From Alphaproteobacteria bacterium (GTDB lineage Bacteria > Pseudomonadota > Alphaproteobacteria > JAQWUY01), in contig OZ246977.1 of NCBI GenBank assembly GCA_965232465.1, positions 2,502,135 through 2,566,134 on the forward strand: 64,000 nt of DNA. The letters run 5' to 3'. The notes below the pieces were generated by a model that worked only from the letters and a program-made list of their open reading frames with translations, was not told the origin of the DNA and searched no databases. Below, in pieces: positions 1 through 6,697 of the stretch. The number at the start of each line of letters is the position of its first letter. Positions within the stretch are counted from its first letter, which is position 1. The position numbers and the translations under genes are program-made.

Positions 1-1023
1 AACAGCCATAAAAAATATATCGCCAAAACCTGTGTGATGGAAGGTTTAATTGCAATACATACACATTTTTCTGATGTACATGGGCAAAACATGCATAATT
101 TTCATAGGCACAAAATGTCCCGAGAACACCAAAGAAACAAGGTGGGACAGTCTAAGCATCAAAATGACCGCAACCGCAAAGCCCGTAACCAGACCAAATA
201 TTTTCACAACCAAAAACAGCACCTACAACAAAAATATCGGTGTTATGTACACGAAGGGACGGGTTTACGATTATGGAAATTTGTTAAATATTATAATTTT
301 ATCGGTAAAAAGAATCTCGATCGTATATTGCAAAAAATGGGCTTTGAAAATGGTACCCGCCATATTGAAAACGCATCATATAACAGTAAAAACCCTTCAT
401 TTACTTTTGATATTATGGGGGCATATGTGCTAAATATACATATAGGATTTGTGTTATATGGTGTGTATATGGATATATATAATCATGTTTTATCCCATAT
501 GCCCCTTGATAAAAAAGGCAAACCCATATTTGAAAAAAAAGCCAATGGTCAAAATAAAGATTTATTACAAGATATATTAAAAAATTCTTCGGTTAAACAA
601 CAGGTCGGTACTATTTTTGATAAAAATACCATAAAAATATTAAATGTACCAAGAAATAATGTACAACACAACCGCTTGTTTGACAGTGAATTAAAAGATA
701 TGGCAATTTTTGATATATTTAATGTATACATTCGGGTTTGTACACATTTAAACTTGCACACCGCCCGGGAAAAAATTATCCACCAGATATATACCATATG
801 TAAAAAACAAGATTATGCTATACACAAAGAAACTGGTAAAAAAGTCAAACAAGATGGCACAGGATATTATTATTACGAAATAAAAGAATGTGGACAAAAA
901 ACCCGTTGCTCTGTATGTAAAGATATAGTATATACCCGACCATATATAAGAAAATATGCCCGTTTATATAATAAAAACCTTATTAAAGCTATTAAAAAAA
1001 ATGGATACAAAATATCCCATTAA
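1..1023 (+). CDS. 5'-truncated ORF (reading frame open from window position 1); very basic, Asn/Lys/His-rich protein. Contains RNNVQHN (R207-H212 of the listed ORF) and REKIIH (R245-H250) RxxxxH motifs. Candidate C-terminal part (HEPN2 region) of a Cas13b-like type VI-B effector; otherwise a hypothetical CRISPR-adjacent protein.
   Basis: The ORF track lists 34..1023, but frame 1 has no stop between positions 1 and 33, so the gene probably continues upstream of the window. RN-x3-H-N is the canonical HEPN RNase motif of Cas13 proteins. It lies about 110 bp upstream of the CRISPR array on the same strand. There was no homology search; assignment rests on motifs and context. Confidence 0.4.
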   Translation, partial: NSHKKYIAKTCVMEGLIAIHTHFSDVHGQNMHNFHRHKMSREHQRNKVGQSKHQNDRNRKARNQTKYFHNQKQHLQQKYRCYVHEGTGLRLWKFVKYYNFIGKKNLDRILQKMGFENGTRHIENASYNSKNPSFTFDIMGAYVLNIHIGFVLYGVYMDIYNHVLSHMPLDKKGKPIFEKKANGQNKDLLQDILKNSSVKQQVGTIFDKNTIKILNVPRNNVQHNRLFDSELKDMAIFDIFNVYIRVCTHLNLHTAREKIIHQIYTICKKQDYAIHKETGKKVKQDGTGYYYYEIKECGQKTRCSVCKDIVYTRPYIRKYARLYNKNLIKAIKKNGYKISH

Positions 1024-1136
1024 TATTTACTTGCATTTTTTCAATTTTAAGATATAATGGACTTAGGTGTTATATGTGTTTTACATATATGTAATTCGCC
1101 GATTGTGCAACGCTTTCAAGTAAATGAGTTCGGATC

Positions 1137-1436
1137 GTTGTAAGATCCGCTCTTTTGAGGGCGGACTTGCACAATTTATTATAAATCTCAACTCTCTGTA
1201 TAGTTGTAAGATCCGCTCTTTTGAGGGCGGACTTGCACTCCTTTATATCTTCATACATCTGAGGATTAGTTGTAAGATCCGCTCTTTTGAGGGCGGACTT
1301 GCACCATATGATAGAATCGCAATGCCTTTTTTCTGTTGTAAGATCCGCTCTTTTGAGGGCGGACTTGCACAAATCGTTTTTGTTTTCTTTTAGATTTTTA
1401 GTTGTAAGATCCGCTCTTTTGAGGGCGGACTTGCAC
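1137..1436 (+). CRISPR. CRISPR array of 5 identical 36-bp repeats (GTTGTAAGATCCGCTCTTTTGAGGGCGGACTTGCAC) and 4 unique 30-bp spacers.
   Basis: Repeats at 1137-1172, 1203-1238, 1269-1304, 1335-1370 and 1401-1436. Spacers lie at 1173-1202, 1239-1268, 1305-1334 and 1371-1400, all exactly 30 bp and mutually unrelated. The repeat contains an internal CCGC-TCTTTTGAG-GGCGG stem-loop. AT-rich flanks on both sides. Confidence 0.93.
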
Positions 1437-1548
1437 TCGCTTGATTGTGCATTTGTTAATACATGGGGTGACCTAACTAAAAATAGGTTATTTTATTGCA
1501 GGTCATTTTTTTATAGACAACAGATACTATTTTGCATATAGTCATTTT

Positions 1549-2034
1549 ATGTTAAAAAAGATACTTTTCGGTGTTGGATTATGGACTGTAACGACCCCTG
1601 TGTTTTTCCCTGCTATTGGGGGGGGGGTTGGGGGGGTAACAGGGTATGCTATTCCCCGATTTGTGTCGACTAAGGGTAAAAGTAATGTTCGCACAGGTCC
1701 GGGGACAAAATATCCTATACAGTTTACTTTACAAGTCCCTGTGCCCTTACAAATCATTGAGGAATATGAGAATTGGCGGAAAATTACTGATTGGCAAGGG
1801 GAACAAGGCTGGATACACGGGGCATTATTAACGGGGGAAAAACAAGGTATTGTTACCACGCCCAAAACCCCCATATACAAAAAGCAAACCCCCCATAGCC
1901 CAATTATCGCCACCGCAGAAAAAAATTATGTTTTTGCAATCAGCGAATGCACCGCTAAGTGGTGTAAAATACACATACAATCCCCCATTATAAAAGGATA
2001 TGTACGCACACAAGATATATGGGGCAATCCATGA
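1549..2034 (+). CDS. Exported bacterial SH3-domain protein with two SH3b-like domains. Contains a G10-TT-G7 homopolymer tract encoding GGGVGG.
   Basis: N-terminal hydrophobic signal-like segment. SNVRTGPGTKYP...GWIHGALL matches the bacterial SH3 (SH3_3/4) pattern NVRxGPGTxYP...GWxHxxLL. A second similar domain is near the C-terminus. Confidence 0.6.
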   Translation: MLKKILFGVGLWTVTTPVFFPAIGGGVGGVTGYAIPRFVSTKGKSNVRTGPGTKYPIQFTLQVPVPLQIIEEYENWRKITDWQGEQGWIHGALLTGEKQGIVTTPKTPIYKKQTPHSPIIATAEKNYVFAISECTAKWCKIHIQSPIIKGYVRTQDIWGNP

Positions 2035-2107
2035 TGCGTAAGAATAAAATGGCAAGAATACACAATCATGTTGTTATATCTATATATGTAAACAGGCAAT
2101 ATATATA

Positions 2108-2722
2108 ATGATTATTTTATCACATCGGGGATATTGGCACCACCCCCACGAAAAAAACACTGCGGCGGCTTTCCATCGGTCGTTTTCCATGGGATTTGGC
2201 ACTGAAATGGATGTGCGGGATGGCAATAACACATTGGTTATAGCACACGACATACCCACAGGCAATGAAATATCACTTGCCCAAATGTTGGATATATATT
2301 GTCAATACGATATGTCTCTGCCGCTTGCCATTAACATTAAAGCGGACGGATTGCAACCGATGCTGTGCGATCTGTTACACCGATACAAAATCCGCAATTA
2401 TTTTTTATTCGACATGTCGGTGCCCGATCATATTGTGTCATTAAAGCACAAACTCACCTGTTTTACCCGTCACAGCGAATATGAAAACTGCCCTTTATAT
2501 GACCCATCACACGGTGTGTGGATGGATACTTTCACAGACGATTGGATCCATGTGCACAGCGTGAAAAAACACTTGCAAAACAATAAAAAAGTTTGTATTG
2601 TATCCCCAGAACTGCACAGACGCAAGCACCTTGACACATGGCATACATATGCCGATTTACCCCGTCAGGTGATGCTGTGTACAGATTACCCCGAACGGGC
2701 AAAGGACTTTTTTAATGGTTGA
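2108..2722 (+). CDS. Glycerophosphodiester phosphodiesterase (GDPD) family protein.
   Basis: N-terminal ILSHRGY...EKNTAAAF...G...EMDVRDGNNTLVIAHD resembles the GDPD signature (HRG...ENTLxAF...ExDV...DG...V.HD). Confidence 0.55.
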   Translation: MIILSHRGYWHHPHEKNTAAAFHRSFSMGFGTEMDVRDGNNTLVIAHDIPTGNEISLAQMLDIYCQYDMSLPLAINIKADGLQPMLCDLLHRYKIRNYFLFDMSVPDHIVSLKHKLTCFTRHSEYENCPLYDPSHGVWMDTFTDDWIHVHSVKKHLQNNKKVCIVSPELHRRKHLDTWHTYADLPRQVMLCTDYPERAKDFFNG

Positions 2723-3341
2723 TATTAAGGCTATTATTTTTGATATGGATGGGGTATTGGTGGATGCCCGGGATTGGCATTATGAAGCCCTGAACAAAGC
2801 CCTGATGTTATTTGGGGCGGAAATATCCCGTCAAGACCACTTGACGACCTATGATGGATTGCCCACCAAAGATAAATTAAAAATGCTTAGCAAAGCCACC
2901 GGATTTCCAACCGGATTACACGATTTTATCAACGAAATGAAACAAAAATATACCCTGCAAGTTATCAACGAAAAAGCCAACCCTACTTTTGAACACGAAT
3001 ATGCCCTGTCCCGATTGTATGCACAGGGGTATAAATTAGCGGTTGCTAGCAACTCAATTTATAATACTATTGATATTTTAATGGAAAAATGTGCCCTGCA
3101 ACCATACTTAGAATTTTTCTTGTCCAACGAAGATGTAAAAATGGGCAAACCCAACCCAGAAATTTATACCAAAGCCATACATAAACTGGGTTTAAGCCCA
3201 CAACAATGTGTTATCATAGAAGACAATGTCAACGGTATCAAAGCCGCCACCGCCGCCGGGGGACATGTGATGCAGGTTGCCAATCCGTCACAAGTTACAT
3301 ACGATGCCATTATGGCTTTTATCAAAGGCATAAAGGGGTAA
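2715..3341 (+). CDS. HAD-superfamily hydrolase (subfamily IA, beta-phosphoglucomutase/phosphatase-like).
   Basis: Motif I IIFDMDGVLVD at the N-terminus. A C-terminal motif IV-like segment IIEDNVNGIKAATAAG. Overlaps the upstream gene by 8 bp, suggesting an operon. Confidence 0.7.
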   Translation: MVDIKAIIFDMDGVLVDARDWHYEALNKALMLFGAEISRQDHLTTYDGLPTKDKLKMLSKATGFPTGLHDFINEMKQKYTLQVINEKANPTFEHEYALSRLYAQGYKLAVASNSIYNTIDILMEKCALQPYLEFFLSNEDVKMGKPNPEIYTKAIHKLGLSPQQCVIIEDNVNGIKAATAAGGHVMQVANPSQVTYDAIMAFIKGIKG

Positions 3342-3345
3342 TACT

Positions 3346-4419
3346 GTGTTAAATATCTTATTACCGCTCAGCAAAATAAACACCGTGCATAATGGGCATC
3401 AAGACATACCGATTATATCCTTACGCATCAAGGGAAAAACTTTACTCGAATGGGCATTAGAACCCTTTTTAAAACTGCCTAATACGCATATTTGTGCCAT
3501 ACTTGGCAACGATATGCACACCCCATCGATTGCCCAAAACTTGCCGGACACCGTATCGATTTTACACACCCAAGGGGATACACGGGGTGCCACCTGTACC
3601 TGTTTATATGCCCACGATATATTAAATGCAGGATTGCCATTATTGGTGTCGTCTCTTGACCATTTTATATCCTTAGATGTACATGCCATGACAACACATT
3701 TACAGGCACAACAGGTCGATGCAAGCAGTGTCATTTTCCCCTCAGATGGCAACCCCATATATTCATATGCGGAAATCCGCAATGGCAAAATTACCCGTGC
3801 CTTAGAAAAACAAAGTATCACCAATACCGCCATGGCGGGTGTATATTATTTTAGCACCACAAACACATTTTTTGACCACGCAAAAAACCTTATTCGCAAA
3901 CAAACCACCCAATATCAGGACGGATATTTTATATCCGGCGTTTTAAACGAAATGGTATTGTCCGGATTGGATGTGGTGCCATATGAACAGCCCGATTTAT
4001 CATATTTTAAGGTATATGACATACCCAGCTACAACACATTATGTGATTTTATGCAGTCGGATGGGCATATGGAAAATACTATGGATACTGTCCATATACA
4101 TAAATTACGGGACTTTGTCAGGGGTTGGATAGTGGGGGACTTCAGCCCATCGTTGTATAAAACCCAAGATTTTGAATGTGCCATACAACGGTTTACCAAA
4201 GGACAAAAAGAAGCTGTACATACCCATAAAATTGCCACAGAAATCACTGTCATAATCTCAGGACGGGCGGAGATGTGCGGTAAACAGGTGGTCGCAGGCG
4301 ATATAATTGTTGTCAAACCCTATGAATACACGGGTTTTGAGGCACTGGAGGACACTGTAACAGCCGTTGTCAAAATCCCCGGGGCAAAAAACGACAAATA
4401 TAGTAAAGACACCTTATGA
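3346..4419 (+). CDS. Two-domain protein: a degenerate nucleotidyltransferase-like N-domain (G-rich loop lost) fused to a C-terminal cupin resembling FdtA/WxcM-type sugar 3,4-ketoisomerases.
   Basis: The N-terminal ILLPLSK...IPIISLRIKGKTLLEWALEP parallels the adjacent paralog IVIPMAGLGSRF...PKPLIPIHKKPMI but lacks GxGxR. The C-terminal AVHTHKIATEITVIISGRAEM...GDIIVVKP is cupin-like with a His-x-His pair. GTG start assumed. Confidence 0.4.
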   Translation: MLNILLPLSKINTVHNGHQDIPIISLRIKGKTLLEWALEPFLKLPNTHICAILGNDMHTPSIAQNLPDTVSILHTQGDTRGATCTCLYAHDILNAGLPLLVSSLDHFISLDVHAMTTHLQAQQVDASSVIFPSDGNPIYSYAEIRNGKITRALEKQSITNTAMAGVYYFSTTNTFFDHAKNLIRKQTTQYQDGYFISGVLNEMVLSGLDVVPYEQPDLSYFKVYDIPSYNTLCDFMQSDGHMENTMDTVHIHKLRDFVRGWIVGDFSPSLYKTQDFECAIQRFTKGQKEAVHTHKIATEITVIISGRAEMCGKQVVAGDIIVVKPYEYTGFEALEDTVTAVVKIPGAKNDKYSKDTL

Positions 4420-5165
4420 TACACATTGTTATTCCCATGGCTGGCTTAGGGTCACGGTTTGCCCAAGCCGGATACATAGACCCCAAGCCCTTAATTCCCA
4501 TACACAAAAAGCCCATGATACAGGTAGTGATTGACAATTTAACCCCCGATTGTGCGCATCATTTTATCTTTATTGTCCAAAAAACCCATATGGAATGGTA
4601 TAATTTGGATACCTGTTTACAACAATATGCACCCGATTGTACCATTATACCCATAGATTACACCACCGAAGGGGCGGCATGTAGCGTATTATTGGCACAG
4701 CATATTATCAACACCGACACCCCGTTAATGATTGCCAACTGTGACCAGTTCGTCGATGTAAATATTACCCAATACCTAGAGTCTATGGGCGATTTTGATG
4801 GGTATATTATGACATTCAAAGACAATGCGGATAAATGGTCTTATATTCAATACGATGACGAGGGCAATATTATCGGTGTGGTTGAAAAACAAGTGGTGTC
4901 CCATGACGCCACCGTGGGCATATATAATTTTGCCAAAGGGGCGGATTTTGTTACATACGCCCATACCATGATACAACAAAACTTACGGGTTAAGGGGGAA
5001 TTTTATGTGGCACCTGTGTATACCATGATGGTTGCCGATGGCAAAAAACTGGGCATATATGACATGAGCCAACACAACCAACACATGTACGGATTGGGCG
5101 TTCCCGAAGATGTACAATATTTTTTAAAACATCCCATATCCGATTTTTTAAAACGGGATATATAA
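4416..5165 (+). CDS. Sugar-phosphate/phosphocholine nucleotidyltransferase (LicC/MobA-like NTP-transferase fold).
   Basis: IVIPMAGLGSRF...PKPLIPIHKKPMIQ matches the N-terminal NTP-transferase signature. ATGA overlap with the upstream gene suggests translational coupling. Confidence 0.6.
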   Translation: MIHIVIPMAGLGSRFAQAGYIDPKPLIPIHKKPMIQVVIDNLTPDCAHHFIFIVQKTHMEWYNLDTCLQQYAPDCTIIPIDYTTEGAACSVLLAQHIINTDTPLMIANCDQFVDVNITQYLESMGDFDGYIMTFKDNADKWSYIQYDDEGNIIGVVEKQVVSHDATVGIYNFAKGADFVTYAHTMIQQNLRVKGEFYVAPVYTMMVADGKKLGIYDMSQHNQHMYGLGVPEDVQYFLKHPISDFLKRDI

Positions 5166-5417
5166 TACAAAATTGTATATTGATAAACGGGGTGTCAATG
5201 ACTTGATACAGGTTACATAAATGACACTTTACTTTTTTAATGAACGATGTATAATGGAATATATGAGGACAATGTGATATGAATAAAAAAGAAATTTTAA
5301 TTTGGATAGTATTAGAGTAATCGGTAGCGGTTTAGGTGCGGTTGTCGTTACTGTAACAAGTAAACATAGCGACTGCTTATACCATGCAGTACTTAGGATT
5401 GGATAAGGATTAAAACT

Positions 5418-5513
5418 ATGGGAACAATAAGCGTATTTTTATTATTAGGGGCAGGCTGGATTATCGGTGCAGTTAGTTTTGCCATGTTACTTTATAAAAT
5501 TAAAAACGATTAA
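5418..5513 (+). CDS. Possible 31-aa hydrophobic single-pass membrane peptide (MGTISVFLLLGAGWIIGAVSFAMLLYKIKND).
   Basis: ATG preceded by AAGGA 8 nt upstream. Uninterrupted hydrophobic core. Not in the ORF track because it is shorter than 60 aa. No homology evidence. Confidence 0.3.
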   Translation: MGTISVFLLLGAGWIIGAVSFAMLLYKIKND

Positions 5514-5524
5514 ACTCTTATCCA

Positions 5525-6529
5525 TTGAAAAAGTTAAATAAGCAAGTGATACACCACAGCGACATTACTTTTGTTATGCAGGGACCTGTTGTTCCTGAAA
5601 CCAGCAAGGCTATGCAACAGATACAACAGATTATGCCCGAATCAAAAATCATTTTATCCACATGGCACAATCAAGATGTATCAGACATTGCGTGTGATGG
5701 TATCATTGAAAATGATGACCCCGGGACACTCGATGGCGGACCAGAGCCATATTTTAATAATGTCAATCGGATGATTGTTTCCACCCGTAATGGATTGCAA
5801 CGGGTAACAACAAAATACGCTGTTCGCATCCGTACCGACAGCACCATTAAAAACGATACTTTTATACCATTGTATGAAAAAATGATGGCATCAGGACATG
5901 CACAACCCAGTTGGTTTAAACACCCTATTATGGTAATTTGTTATAGGGAATTTTTGGTAACCCCTTATCTTGTTGGCGACCCGTTTCATTTTGGCTTAAC
6001 ATCCGATGTATTAAACTTGTGGGACATTCCATTGGCAACGCAACAACAGGCAGAATATTTTAAAAATAAAAAATGTAAAAACAGTTTGTTAAGACCATGG
6101 TATTTATCCAGTAAAAGATTTTATCCACAATATTTTGGACCCGAACAATATTTAATGTGTATGTTTTTACAAAAATGTCACATTGACATAGATTATACAC
6201 ATCATCAAGATAATATTACAATTTATAAAACCATACGCAGTATAAAGGGTATCATACATAATTTTTTTCTTGTGGCACAAGATGATATTCCACTGCATTG
6301 TTATAAATACCCTGAAACAGACCCAGAACCTATGGTGCAATTTTGGTACAAAATGCACACACTGCCCCCCCCCCAATGGATATTTTTTGTATATAGCCTA
6401 AGACGCAAAAAACGCAGAACTTATGTAAGACGCACATATGGCGAAACAGCATATAAAATATACAAAAATACAGGGAAAATAATATTCATTCTGCTGTTAT
6501 TATCTGTTGTATTTTTTTATATCATTTGA
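5525..6529 (+). CDS. WavE-like LPS-biosynthesis family protein (tentative). Contains a C10 tract near the 3' end.
   Basis: N-terminal ITFVMQGP...ILSTW resembles my recollection of the WavE family (Pfam PF07507). TTG start per the ORF track. Sits in the glycan locus. Sequence after the poly-C is low-complexity (RRKKRRTYVRRTY...), compatible with an alternative frame after slippage. Confidence 0.35.
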   Translation: MKKLNKQVIHHSDITFVMQGPVVPETSKAMQQIQQIMPESKIILSTWHNQDVSDIACDGIIENDDPGTLDGGPEPYFNNVNRMIVSTRNGLQRVTTKYAVRIRTDSTIKNDTFIPLYEKMMASGHAQPSWFKHPIMVICYREFLVTPYLVGDPFHFGLTSDVLNLWDIPLATQQQAEYFKNKKCKNSLLRPWYLSSKRFYPQYFGPEQYLMCMFLQKCHIDIDYTHHQDNITIYKTIRSIKGIIHNFFLVAQDDIPLHCYKYPETDPEPMVQFWYKMHTLPPPQWIFFVYSLRRKKRRTYVRRTYGETAYKIYKNTGKIIFILLLLSVVFFYII

Positions 6530-6540
6530 AACATTTTCCC

Positions 6541-6562
6541 CCCATGTCCAAATGGGGGGTGT
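6541..6562. terminator. Perfect hairpin CCCCCCAT-GTCCAA-ATGGGGGG between convergent genes. Probable bidirectional terminator.
   Basis: 8-bp GC-rich stem with 6-nt loop, 12 bp after the WavE-like stop and upstream (in DNA) of the convergent GT gene stop at 6698. Confidence 0.5.
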
Positions 6563-6697
6563 CATGTGCCAAACATATTATAGAAATTAATTGACCATCA
6601 GATAATTATAATCTTATCAAAATCGATGTATACACTCAGTATAACACCCTAAAAAATACAGTGCCTGTATTGGTGGGGGGTGTTGCTGATATCCCGT

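Noticed and set aside
1-1023. Reading the CRISPR-adjacent ORF as a TnpB/Cas12-like C-terminus
   Set aside because: Evidence for this reading: a CxxC near the end, and a weak NxNxxxxIxxNG tail resembling DxNAAxNI. There is no clear RuvC-II Glu or paired zinc-finger. The RNxxxHN HEPN motif and the repeat architecture fit Cas13b better. It is kept only as an alternative to be tested by HMM search.
1137-1436. Type II (Cas9) assignment of the array, based on 36-bp repeats, 30-bp spacers and a GTTGTA start like Neisseria II-C
   Set aside because: No cas9, cas1 or cas2 in the 62 kb downstream, and the adjacent protein fragment has no RuvC or HNH motifs. It cannot be fully excluded because the upstream region is outside the window.
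1070-1541. Three overlapping ORFs (1070-1372 minus, 1124-1393 plus, 1287-1541 plus) with internally repeated peptides
   Set aside because: They are translation artefacts of the CRISPR repeats. The repeated peptide blocks such as CKIRSFEGGLA and KSALKRADLTT are the 36-bp repeat read in different frames.
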